Below are positions 15,295 through 27,006 of a DNA stretch of 64,000 nucleotides, in pieces. A model generated the notes under the pieces. That model had not been told where the DNA came from. It made no database searches and saw nothing but the letters and a program-made list of their open reading frames with translations. Every line of letters begins with the position of its first letter. The stretch's first letter is position 1. Location: contig CM106586.1 in NCBI GenBank assembly GCA_048013815.1, forward strand, positions 11,346,001 through 11,410,000, written 5' to 3'. The DNA comes from Setoptus koraiensis (Eukaryota > Animalia > Arthropoda). A program made the position numbers and the translations under genes.

Positions 15295-16049
15295 ACCGGT
15301 CTGGCAGTGCACATTTAGCCAGGGCACACACACACACACACGAGCAATGAGCAAGCAAATCGAACAAACACGCTCCCAACTGTACAAACAAAAAGGCGCA
15401 TTAGCGCTGCACAGGTCTGCGGTTTGCCTTGAGCTTTCGTGTGTTGTTTGTGTGTTCACACAGACGGACAGACACACACACTCACACAAAAGCTCTATAT
15501 ACAAGACATGGAACTTACTGAATCACGCACAGAAGAACTGCAAGAGAGCGAGAGAGAGAATTTCGTTTCACGCAAACTTTAGTTCTACACACACCTACAC
15601 AGAAATGTACTACACACACACACACACAGGCACACACACAGACCGATCGCCTGTAGAGTGGATGGCACGAACAATGGGAAAATTCTATCTTTTGATATAG
15701 AATTCGTAATGGAATGATCAACGTTCGTGAACTTATACAAACGAACTGACTAAGAGCTTCGAAGCCCTCGCTGAAAAATAGTTCTCTCTTGGCTCCATTT
15801 CTCCAGCCAATTTCGTCGGAACCAGCAAATTTTTTCTTATTAACGCTTGGGCCTATTATCGACACGGCACTTGCACCAACAGAATCAATGTTGGTGCAAG
15901 TGCCATCAGCAACAACAAGTTACTATTTTATTAACTTTATTTAAGAACATATTTCGCCAATATTATTATTTTAGCATATTATTTTATGACACACACTTAC
16001 TATTTATTATTTATTACTTAAACTACGGACAATTCGCCAGACTATTAAC

Positions 16050-19000
16050 ATGGCCAAGGACCAATTTGAACGTAGTGCCACAACACTGTCCAATCGTGCC
16101 TACCTGTTGGAAAAGAGGGATCCAATTCAGAAATTTGGCTTCACTGCTGGATATCCACCAGGACAACTAAACGGGCTTGGAGCTGTTATCAGACATGTTG
16201 AGCCTACAGGCCCCAGTGCAAATCTTCTGCGTGTTGACGACATAATTGTTGAAATTAATGGTGTCAATGTTGAACAAAAATCACTTGACACTGTGGTACA
16301 AATGGTTCAACAGAGTGAACCACAAATGATGATCACTGTCAGGCAACCAAAACCAAAATTTAGCTCAACACTACCTAGACACCATAGAGTCAATAAGCAA
16401 GTGAATAAGATTGAACAATTAAGAATGAAATGTAGAATTTTCCTAGAAAATGGTCAAACTACAATTATTCAATACGACGATCATACAACCGTTAAGGACC
16501 TTATATCGTCATTGAACACAAAATTAACCATTAAATGTGGACACCATTTTGGTTTAGCAATAGAACATGCTAAATCAACGAAAAGAAATCAGCTGCACCT
16601 GTTAGACAACAATGACTCTATTTCAAAAATAGCCAACATATCAGACGCATCTCAATTGATCATTCTTTACAGAATGACTTTCCCACCTCAAAATGTAACA
16701 TATTTATCTAATTATGACAAAATGGCCTTCGACTACCTATACCAGCAATCTTGCAACGATTTAAAGCATGAGCGCTTCACACCAGAGTTAAGATACGAGA
16801 ATATCATCAAGTTGGCTGCTCTGCATATAGTGCAACACGTCCACGCTCAATATGTGGGTGGACCACAATTCCATCCAAACAATGCGAAAAGATTCTTAAA
16901 GATAGTAGAAAAAGAGCCCGGCTTAGGGCATTTCTTACCGCAGACCATATTGAAGAATACTAAAAAGAAAACACTCAAGAGAGACCTACTTGACTTCATA
17001 AAGAAAAACTTCCATGACTATGACCTCAGACCTAATACCATCAAACTGATGTTTTTGAATGTTCTCAGTAAGCTTCCTTCGTACGGGGCCAAGTTATTCT
17101 CGACGAGCCCCCCTAACGAGGCGTGGCCAACAAGAATTCTTATTAATGAACGTTATGGAATCAGTGTTCTAGAACCCACGAGAGCTAAAGGGGGTAATTC
17201 ATCTGATTCTGCACATGCCAATCCAATATCTCAGGTTACCATCGATCTCATAAGAGCAGTAAAATTATTGAAAAGGTTCGACAAGGAAAAAGACATGTGC
17301 ATAATCGAGATTTACCTTCGGAATAGTGACTTTCTAGAGGAGTTCTCTGATAAAGAACCTCTGAAATTAAGTTTGGTCAAAAACGACTCGAAAGAATTTA
17401 TTACCACACTCAAGGGATACTACAAGGCAATAGCATCTGATAAAAAACTTCAAAACTTGGACGGTTTAAGTGATAAGTCTATCGATAGCATGGAATTAGA
17501 AGTCTTAACATGCGATTGGCCAGGTGAACATGAGTCTCTGTCAAGTTTCAACACAGCAACCCTTCAACCGCCTTCAATTTCTGACAATCAACAAAATCAC
17601 ACGTCTACTTCCACTGTCAGTATGTCGTCATCAGAGAGGTCAATCGAAAGATCTCTTCCCTCCGATGAGCCAGTGTACGCAAACAGAGGTTACGGAGTCT
17701 CAATAGATAGAGGATATGGGCACTCTATGAATAGAGAGTATAGAAAGTCGATCAATAGCCAATATCGGCACNNNNNNNNNNNNNNNNNNNNNNNNNNNNN
17801 NNNNNNNNNNNNNNNNNNNNNNNNNNNNNNNNNNNNNNNNNNNNNNNNNNNNNNNNNNNNNNNNNNNNNNNNNNNNNNNNNNNNNNNNNNNNNNNNNNNN
17901 NNNNNNNNNNNNNNNNNNNNNNNNNNNNNNNNNNNNNNNNNNNNNNNNNNNNNNNNNNNNNNNNNNNNNNNNNNNNNNNNNNNNNNNNNNNNNNNNNNNN
18001 NNNNNNNNNNNNNNNNNNNNNNNNNNNNNNNNNNNNNNNNNNNNNNNNNNNNNNNNNNNNNNNNNNNNNNNNNNNNNNNNNNNNNNNNNNNNNNNNNNNN
18101 NNNNNNNNNNNNNNNNNNNNNNNNNNNNNNNNNNNNNNNNNNNNNNNNNNNNNNNNNNNNNNNNNNNNNNNNNNNNNNNNNNNNNNNNNNNNNNNNNNNN
18201 NNNNNNNNNNNNNNNNNNNNNNNNNNNNNNNNNNNNNNNNNNNNNNNNNNNNNNNNNNNNNNNNNNNNNNNATTCTTGTATCAGACGTTAAACATTGCGC
18301 GTCTCACAATTAAATACAGAATATCATCAAGTTGGCTGCTCTGCATATATGCAACACTCCACGCTCAATATGTGGTGACCACAATTCCATCCAAACAATG
18401 CGAAAAGATTCTTAAAGATAGTAGAAAAAGAGCCCGCTTAGGGCATTTCTTACCGCAGACCATATTGAAGAATACTAAAAAGAAAACACTCAAGAGACCT
18501 ACTTGACTTCATAAAGAAAAACTTCCATGACTATGACCTCAGACCTAATACCATCAAACTGATGTTTTTGAATGTTCTCAGTAAGCTTCCTTCGTACGGG
18601 GCCAAGTTATTCTCGACGAGCCCCCCTAACGAGGCGTGGCCAACAAGAATTCTTATTAATGAACGTTATGGAATCAGTGTTCTAGAACCCACGAGAGCTA
18701 AAGGGGGTAATTCATCTGATTCTGCACATGCCAATCCAATATCTCAGGTTACCATCGATCTCATAAGAGCAGTAAAATTATTGAAAAGGTTCGACAAGGA
18801 AAAAGACATGTGCATAATCGAGATTTACCTTCGGAATAGTGACTTTCTAGAGGAGTTCTCTGATAAAGAACCTCTGAAATTAAGTTTGGTCAAAAACGAC
18901 TCGAAAGAATTTATTACCACACTCAAGGGATACTACAAGGCAATAGCATCTGATAAAAAACTTCAAAACTTGGACGGTTTAAGTGATAAGTCTATCGATA

Positions 19001-20298
19001 GCATGGAATTAGAAGTCTTAACATGCGATTGGCCAGGTGAACATGAGTCTCTGTCAAGTTTCAACACAGCAACCCTTCAACCGCCTTCAATTTCTGACAA
19101 TCAACAAAATCACACGTCTACTTCCACTGTCAGTATGTCGTCATCAGAGAGGTCAATCGAAAGATCTCTTCCCTCCGATGAGCCAGTGTACGCAAACAGA
19201 GGTTACGGAGTCTCAATAGATAGAGGATATGGGCACTCTATGAATAGAGAGTATAGAAAGTCGATCAATAGCCAATATCGGCACTCAATGAATAGAGGGC
19301 ATTTAATGAGTAAAGACAATTTGATGAGTAGAGAGAATCTGTTGAATAGAGAGCACCTGATGAATACCGAGCATCCAATGAATGCAGAACACCTTATGAA
19401 TACAGAGCGCCTAATGAACACAGAGCACCTAATGAATACAGAGCACCCTATGAGTACAGAGTGTGAAACCCCCATCACTAGAGGAAATGAGATCCGCATG
19501 TCTTACAAAAACGTTATCGGTTTCAATAGTACTGACAGAACCGCTACTCCATCCTCGTTTAATGGTGATGTTAGCGATCTCACTAATGTGCACAAACTAC
19601 AATTCGACATTGATGGTGATCGTCATATAACTATCGCGGTCGACGTCAACAATCACAAATCTGAGTTATTTGACAGTCATGCATTCAATAATACTCTAGA
19701 TAATAGCCGCGTTGCAACCGTGGATTGGGCAGATGCAGCTAGCAACGGCTATGGATCCAATAGAGGTGCCAGATATCCGTCACTGCCTATTTTTACTGAA
19801 TGTCAGCCTGATATCTTCCGAGGGAGATCAAATGGTTCGAATACCTATAATGGCTCTCATGGAAACATGCTTTCGAAGCCAGAATTTGTCAATTGCCAGT
19901 CTGGCATCTTTCCTGGAAATATCTCAACAGATAGCAAAAATATCATAGAAGGATCCCAAACAAACATTGGGCATCTTTCGAGTTCGGACTATAATGATTC
20001 TAAACCAGACATATACCAGGGAATACCAACATCCAAGAATATCAATGAAGAATTTATTTTTCCGTCCCCTCCCCAATTGGAGAATGTTACAGATTCTGTA
20101 TCAGACTTGGCCGTCAAATTTTCAACAGTTGACATCACCGATAACGACATAGAATCTTGGATTTTTCCAACACCCCCGAGGCTCGATACTATCCAAGAAA
20201 CTCCAAGTATGACTCCCGTAGTACCTACAATAAGGAGATCTAAAGTTCAAAGTCAGAGAAATGACGCTAATCAAATGCAGTATTTGACTTATGTTTGA
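16050..20298 (+). CDS. FRMPD4: FERM and PDZ domain protein (FRMPD4/Preso1 family); true CDS probably 16050..17771 + 19285..20298, about 911 aa, intronless
   Basis: PDZ (KRDPIQKFGF..GPSANLLRVDDIIVEING) followed by FERM (IFLENGQT, DKMAFDYLYQQSCND..ERFTPELRY..LAAL). C-terminal class I PDZ-binding motif -LTYV. AATAAA at 20343. Confidence 0.9.
17772..18271. other. Scaffold gap (500 N)
   Basis: Seen directly. Confidence 1.
18272..19284 (+). repeat. Artefactual second copy of about 16750..17771 (unmerged contig overlap)
   Basis: Matches the upstream copy at offset +1513 from about 18450 onward. The first 180 bp or so after the gap carry many single-base deletions, as expected of a low-coverage contig end. 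Confidence 0.88.
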
Positions 20299-20847
20299 GA
20301 CCTCTAATGTCAACTGGTCACTAAATATCGATTCTTATTATAAATAAATTAATCAGTCTTAACATTGTCAGACGAATTTGAGACAAAACATAAGACAAAT
20401 GTGATTCTGGACAACTGAAATCTTAACAAACCAGTTGGGTGTACAGCAAGAGAGACGACAACTAATTGGTTGTGATAGTATCAACTCACTATCGAATCTA
20501 AACCTTGATTTACGGTTGATTTGTCGTGCAACATGAAAACTGGACTTGTATACAACCCAACGAATGGGTCGCATACATTACGCCTTAACTTGCCTTAGAT
20601 TAAATACAATTCTTTGAGAGGAATGGATCCAAGATCTATATGAACATTCTACTGATGATTCAATCTTGAGAAAAAGTTTTTCATCAAAAGTCGTTCTACT
20701 TGTTAAAGTATTTATTCACTATAATCCAAGTTTTGCATGAGGCATTCGTTGATGCTCATGTCATTTTATTTTTCAATTGGTGTTCATGGAAATGATTCAT
20801 TCATAAGTTATTTATGTTCATCTTTAAAAGTGCGACGGTTTAACTGC

Positions 20848-23800
20848 CTAGAGTATGAATGGTGTAAAATTGGGAGGTATCTTAGGTTTAGCTAGCAACT
20901 CCATATCAGTGGCATCTATGGTGTAGGTGGGTGAATTTTGTTTCTCCAAAAATATCTTATAAACATTAGTTGATCCCTCACGTAGAACATCATTGGGCCA
21001 AATACTATCACAAATTAGTTTAGAAAATTCATAACACTCTCTGGCTGCATCATTAAGACTGATTATGGTACCTCTGCATTCCAGTGATAAGCCCATATCG
21101 TATATTGATGAACATATAGACCTACTATCAGTGTGATATTGATCTTGAGATTGCACGAAACATTTCAACTCTATCAACAAGGCAACATCTTCGTAACGAC
21201 TGCCTGGTTTGAGGTTAATTTTCTTTTTTCTATTGGTCGCTTTAGAAGATTTTGAGGGCTTTCTTGTTTTTAATGAGGATACTCCAGATCTTGTCGTATC
21301 GGATGTCTGTGAAGTTGTATCACTGCCATCTATTGTAGACAGAGTGTCACAATCAAGAATAACATTTTCCTTCGTTGATTGAGACCGTTGATTCTCTAGA
21401 TCAGTTCTCAATTCAGTAAAGCGCGCTAAATAATTCTTATTGTTTTCAAGCGATGTGTTCATCGCGTTGATGAGTTCCGAAGAGTAGTTAAGAATAGCTT
21501 CCCTCAATGGATTGTTGTCTAATTTGTGCTTTATGGCTAACCTATAAGCAGAACAAAATGAACGACCCTTAATGTAAGTTTGGAAGGCTCCGTCGTAATC
21601 ATCGCAGAATTTTTCTAATACATTTGCACCTTCAACGAATTTTGAATCCGCAATCAAATATTGTGCTATCATCTTGTGTGCAGTTAATGAGTCTTTTTCA
21701 TTCAATTTGGCGACCACTGTAAGGGCACGCACCCAGTCAGCGTCTAGGAGATATGATTTGATTGCCGCTTGATAATCGCCTGCTCTTTCGTAGGCTATAG
21801 CTGATTCCAAATAGTAACGCTTATCAAAAAGGTATTGCCCGTATGAAAGCCATACAAGTTTGCACAATTCTTCGTCTATCGAGGTGAGTTCAGATTGTCC
21901 AATGAAATCATTGTAAAGCCTTTTATCTATCACTAAATTGATCAACTCCTCTTTTGCTTTCTGTTCCTTTGTTATCCTGTAGAAATTTATTAAATGTGTG
22001 ATAGCTTTACCATAACGCTTTATGTGTAAATCAATCTTGTATCTCCTATACTCATCATCTTCAATTGCGTTAAAAATATTTATGAGATTGAGATACTCTT
22101 TGGGATCCTTGTTTGAGATATTAGCCACCATTAGAGCTATATTGGAATCGTAGGTTCCCAGAGCCTCTTCGAATAGTCTCTCTATATCGATCATGTACAG
22201 CAAAAATCTTAGACCTGATTCACTTTTATCTTTCAGCAAACTGACCTTGAGCAACGCAAGGTCGATACGCTGAGGAACTTGCCTAATCAGACTGATCAGA
22301 TGAGATTGTAGAAGTCTGGGGTCATCACCTAGTGACAAACTTTTGCAAATTGTATCTACCTTGTTCGATACTTGTCGAGACCTCCTTCCAATATTTATTG
22401 GCAGCTGGTCCATTATAGACATGTATTGGCCCGTGATGGTGTTTTCATTATTCAGTTCAGATAGGAACAAATTCAACCATGTTATGTCGTGATACCCGAT
22501 TGCTTTCGCGAACGTGTTCAATTCGTTGGCATCTTCGAACAGTTCATGAAGATAGTCGGCTATGAAATTCATGTTGATTCTATGTCTTCTTACCATATCA
22601 ATTGCATCCACAAATTTTCTTTCTTCCAACAATCTGACCAAAAGATTGAACAATAGAATTCTAGGATACACTATCTCCAAATTCCCTCTTGGCATCTGGA
22701 GGATGACTTTAGCACTAGCTTCATTGGCGCTAACTAAAGTAGCCCCACTTTCAATGTTGCGCATCCAATCACCTTGTCTCTCCTTGTTATGAATGCTATC
22801 AGTCAATTGAAATCGCAACAGGTTATCAATGGTGGTATACATCAGATAGTGGTTCGTTATTGCAAAAGAAGTACAGTTATTTGAGGCTATCACGGTATCA
22901 TCTATACGCAAAGTCATATCTCTGCTTAAACTAGCGATCCTTGGGCTATTATTGATCTTGCAGCATTTAATAACGATAGATGTTTCGATACCTGGTATGG
23001 CGAGTTCTGCACCTTTTTCATTCGTCCATAACCGAACTATGATGTCGGTATCATTATTATTTTCTTGCAAGACCACCTGATAGACTTTTCCGTCGTCCGT
23101 TACGACAGCTGCACATGCATTCGCTTGATCACTGGAAATATTGAAAATTTGACACTTTGGGAATACGAATTTTGACACCGCGCAATCCATTTTCATCGCG
23201 GGTATAAAGTATAGTTCTGGTTTACAATCGATGGAAGGTTTGACAGCAATTATGTCTTCACTTGTCATGAATGTCCAGTGAGTAAAAGTCTTTATATCTT
23301 CGAGCTGATCCCATAACCTGAAGCGCAAGGAGGATGATACTTGTTGAGCCTGCACTAATTTTGTGTCTACTTTGACGTCAGCGTTCTCGTCAACATCAGC
23401 TCTTAGATCTTCTTCCGAACGACGCATCAGTATTGCATTTCCTTTAGAGGTAATTATTAAACCTGAGAACTTATCGGAAAGAACAATATCCTTGGCTAAT
23501 TCGGGCAACTTGATTTCTATGGCACATAAGGGCGGCGGTACTGAACAAGTATTAAACGGTGTGACTAGTAGTTTATTACCATCACTAACTGTGACAATAG
23601 AATCTTGCTCGGCTATCGTTACTTGAAAGAGACATTCGTAATTCTGATAAATGCCATTCGATGTAAATAATGCAAACTGAGAAGACTGACTTTCGCTCCA
23701 ACATATCCTAAGATCTGAATGATCCCCATCAAGATAGGAGGAATGTTTGAGATACCAATGAAAGTTATTGCATGTATATAACATGAGCATCCAATTACAA

Positions 23801-24813
23801 TCAGTATTTTGGTTAACATAAGTATATTCTAACCCTACTATGGCAAGTATTCTAGAGTCTTTAGACCAAGCGAGTTGTGTGATAAGCAGATGTGAATTCC
23901 TCAAAGGTAGCGAGAATCGCTGATGCACTAATCCATTTCTTTCAAAAAGAGTTATGTCTTGTTGACCATCATTCAGGTTTTGCGCACAACTAATGTATTG
24001 TCCGTTCGGTATCCACGACACGAGTCCGGTTTCCATACAGTATAGCTGATCGCTCATGAACTGTAACTCGAGATTGCGATTCCATACCTTGATCTGGTGT
24101 TTATCATTATCCAGTTTGGTCAACGTTACCAACAAGCGTCCATCACCATGCCAGTCTAGTTCATAGGATGTGCGAAATCGTTCAACATTTTTACAGTAGT
24201 CGACCGATGAACGGATTGTCTGGACAGTATCTGATGGAAGCTGTTTATCATGAATCTGATTTGATGTTTTTTCCCTTGCTGGTCGTCCATCTAGGCCAAA
24301 GAATTGTGTTTCTTTAGACCCCCACCCCACACCGACTGGTTGGTTGAGACTGGAGTTATTCAGAATCACATTTGTCTTATGTTGTATCTCGAAATCGTCT
24401 GAGAATATAAACAGTTCGTTAGTGTGGTCTAACAATGCAATCAAATCTTGATCAGGACTGAACTTGAAGGAATAGATGTTGGATGGGTGTCTGTAGACCA
24501 TGTCTACAAAATTTTCTCTTAAGTTGAAAATAATTATCTGTCCGTTGCACAAAGCTAGAAAAATGCAACCGGTTTCCACCAAGAACTCTACCTGTCGTAC
24601 TTGCGAGGTCGTTAATTTGTCGTGCCCATCACGTTGCAAGCGATTTTCTAAGTTTCGAGTGGTGATTTCCGAGTCAATTGACAAATGTTTGTAGTAGAGA
24701 TTTAAGAACTCATCGATGATGTAAATGATCTCGTTATCGTTATCGCTACACATTCCTATTGATCGACAGGGGAACTGGGCTCCAACCCTCTGACATAGTT
24801 TTATATTCCTCAT
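20848..24813 (-). CDS. ELP1: Elongator complex protein 1 (IKAP), intronless, about 1321 aa
   Basis: MRNIKL start (ATG at 24813; the ORF track begins at an upstream TTG), VGWGSKETQF, WHGDG, LFERNGL, WYLK, RNIESGA, LQMPRGNLE, VRRHRINMN, SNKDPKEYL, and the basic C-terminal RKKKINLKPGSRYED segment. Confidence 0.97.
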   Translation of the reverse strand: MRNIKLCQRVGAQFPCRSIGMCSDNDNEIIYIIDEFLNLYYKHLSIDSEITTRNLENRLQRDGHDKLTTSQVRQVEFLVETGCIFLALCNGQIIIFNLRENFVDMVYRHPSNIYSFKFSPDQDLIALLDHTNELFIFSDDFEIQHKTNVILNNSSLNQPVGVGWGSKETQFFGLDGRPAREKTSNQIHDKQLPSDTVQTIRSSVDYCKNVERFRTSYELDWHGDGRLLVTLTKLDNDKHQIKVWNRNLELQFMSDQLYCMETGLVSWIPNGQYISCAQNLNDGQQDITLFERNGLVHQRFSLPLRNSHLLITQLAWSKDSRILAIVGLEYTYVNQNTDCNWMLMLYTCNNFHWYLKHSSYLDGDHSDLRICWSESQSSQFALFTSNGIYQNYECLFQVTIAEQDSIVTVSDGNKLLVTPFNTCSVPPPLCAIEIKLPELAKDIVLSDKFSGLIITSKGNAILMRRSEEDLRADVDENADVKVDTKLVQAQQVSSSLRFRLWDQLEDIKTFTHWTFMTSEDIIAVKPSIDCKPELYFIPAMKMDCAVSKFVFPKCQIFNISSDQANACAAVVTDDGKVYQVVLQENNNDTDIIVRLWTNEKGAELAIPGIETSIVIKCCKINNSPRIASLSRDMTLRIDDTVIASNNCTSFAITNHYLMYTTIDNLLRFQLTDSIHNKERQGDWMRNIESGATLVSANEASAKVILQMPRGNLEIVYPRILLFNLLVRLLEERKFVDAIDMVRRHRINMNFIADYLHELFEDANELNTFAKAIGYHDITWLNLFLSELNNENTITGQYMSIMDQLPINIGRRSRQVSNKVDTICKSLSLGDDPRLLQSHLISLIRQVPQRIDLALLKVSLLKDKSESGLRFLLYMIDIERLFEEALGTYDSNIALMVANISNKDPKEYLNLINIFNAIEDDEYRRYKIDLHIKRYGKAITHLINFYRITKEQKAKEELINLVIDKRLYNDFIGQSELTSIDEELCKLVWLSYGQYLFDKRYYLESAIAYERAGDYQAAIKSYLLDADWVRALTVVAKLNEKDSLTAHKMIAQYLIADSKFVEGANVLEKFCDDYDGAFQTYIKGRSFCSAYRLAIKHKLDNNPLREAILNYSSELINAMNTSLENNKNYLARFTELRTDLENQRSQSTKENVILDCDTLSTIDGSDTTSQTSDTTRSGVSSLKTRKPSKSSKATNRKKKINLKPGSRYEDVALLIELKCFVQSQDQYHTDSRSICSSIYDMGLSLECRGTIISLNDAARECYEFSKLICDSIWPNDVLREGSTNVYKIFLEKQNSPTYTIDATDMELLAKPKIPPNFTPFIL

Positions 24814-25382
24814 ATTTGGATGGATATAAGATTGAGACTTAATTGGTGAAGAGAAATTTGGTTGTGAAGAATGAACCAAAAGTTATAAAATAGTAAGTGA
24901 ATAACAACAAATATGTACCAAATAAATAAAATCACGTGTCTAAGTGCACATGTTTTTTTTACTTTCACCATCATGTTATTCGCGCGAAGTTCGAAACTTG
25001 TTTAACTTTTCAATTCGATGATTGCTCCAATTTAAAAACTAGAACCAAGGCAAACCTGTAAGCTTTCTTGTAAATTATGGTGTATGAACATTATGGACAG
25101 CGCCTGGCTTGATCTACTATACAACTAGAAAGCGATTTTTAGTATACTTCACTGTACCAAGATGAGATTAAGATATGTCACATTCTCGATGTTTCGCAGC
25201 GGTAAATTGCAATTCATTACAATTCCCTAATCTAAATATAGAAGGTTTAGACTTTTTTGCTTCATATGTCTATTTCTAGATGTCGATACGAGCTGCATAA
25301 AAGAAGCATTCGGTGAGTTGTGTACATCGTTTGTCTTAAAAACAATTAGTTATGTCAATTAGTCACACAATCGGTACTGATT

Positions 25383-27006
25383 ATGATGATGGACAGAATA
25401 ATCTACAGGAAGTGGCTTCGAGTCGCTCTGTTCAATGTTATGGCAATTAATATCATCGCTTTGTTCGCTAAGCCAGCTCTTAGTGTTACAAATGGCAAAG
25501 ATGCATGCGGTGCTGTTGTAAGTAGGATTTCTATATAACTATCATTTTCAGTGTAAGTTGTTGCTTATTTATAACAAGTAAACATATTCAATTTATGTCT
25601 CATATGAGACAATTGATCACCACATTACTTTTTTATTTTGTTTGTTCGATGATTTTCCTATCTAGACCACAGCAAAAAGCTTGGGGTACTCTATAGAGGA
25701 GCATCATGTGACGACAAAAGATGGCTATATATTGACAGTGCATCGTATCAGTAGTCCGTATGCGCCTAAGGGACAAACAAAGAAACGCAAACCGTATATT
25801 TTGTTGCACGATGTTCTCAGTACATCAGCTAGCTTTGTTGTCAATGCAGACGAAAAATCCAAACCGGCCTATCGTAATATAACTGATGATATTCAACATA
25901 CTGTCGAAGGAAAGAAATGGAATACGCTATATTCCAATGATGAGCATGCAGATAATCTAGATGGACCAACTAAACATGAATATAGAAAATCTGACAATCA
26001 AGAGGCATTGGTACCTGACGTATTATCGAAAGAATATTTTGAGAAATTGTACTATTCGTTTGAGTTGAGTACAGCCCAAAATGCGACAGTCTCACGCAGT
26101 CTGGCATTCACGCTGGCCAATTTCGGTTATGATGTTTGGTTACCTAACTTTCGTGGAAATTATTACTCTGAAAAGCATACTGGTAGATATCACATAGAGA
26201 GACAAGATTATTGGGACTTTGATTTGGATACACTTATACAAGAGGATCTTCCAGCAATTGTTAAATTCATACAGAAGAAGATTGACACTCAGAGAGTTGG
26301 TGTAATTAGCTATTCACATTCAGTGGCCATTCTATTGGGGCTGTTAACCAAATATCCCAAGTATCAACACACCTTGCAACCTGTGATAATGATGGCACCG
26401 ACACTAGGAACAGGAAACAGGAAATTTGCGAAAAAATGGATGACCTGGCTTGTTGGTACAGCAGTAATGTCCAGTAATGGAGCCTATCCTCCGATAATGA
26501 GCGGACTTGAGGCTTCATTATGCAAGAGTGTAATTAGCAGATCATTTTGCCATTATATGAATGTGCTCTTTGGTGACGGTATAAATCCTCTTGTTTGGAC
26601 CAAAAAGACCATGTTGATAAGTCAAGATAAAGAATGCGGTAGGACTAGCAAGCGTCTACTACATCAGCTTATAGACAATTTAGCTAGTATCGCCGTGAAA
26701 CCAAAATTCATACCCTGGGTACGGTCTAGATTGTGGAAATCAAAAAATGACAATTCAATCTCCGACACAAAGATCAAATCCCTGATGGTGATTCATTCAA
26801 AGAATGACAACATCTCAACTATGGAAGAGGTAGAAAGAATATTAAATACTTCTATGAAAGGTATGCTGCTATTAGATCACGTGATAAAGTCTCATTCATT
26901 CGACCATAAAGACTTTGTTTACGGAAGCGAAAATGCACAACTCGTGAATGGAAATGTCCTCAAGATGGTCTCTGTATTTGAATGGTTCCAAGATAGAATG
27001 CAATGA
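25383..27006 (+). CDS. Acid/gastric lipase-family alpha/beta hydrolase, divergent; join(25383..25517,25666..27006), about 491 aa
   Basis: Signal-peptide exon and GTAAGT..CTAG intron in phase 0. GYSIEEHHVTTKDGYIL, SLAFTLANFGYDVWL.N.RGN, YWDF, DLPA and HKDF motifs. AATAAA at 27121. Confidence 0.9.

Noticed and set aside
14127-15865. Cluster of overlapping short ORFs between the septin and FRMPD genes
   Set aside because: No recognisable motifs and rich in CA/GA repeats. Best explained as divergent promoter and UTR sequence.
16750-19284. Real tandem duplication of the FERM region
   Set aside because: The copies are identical where quality is good, flank a round 500-N gap and show an error-rich contig end.
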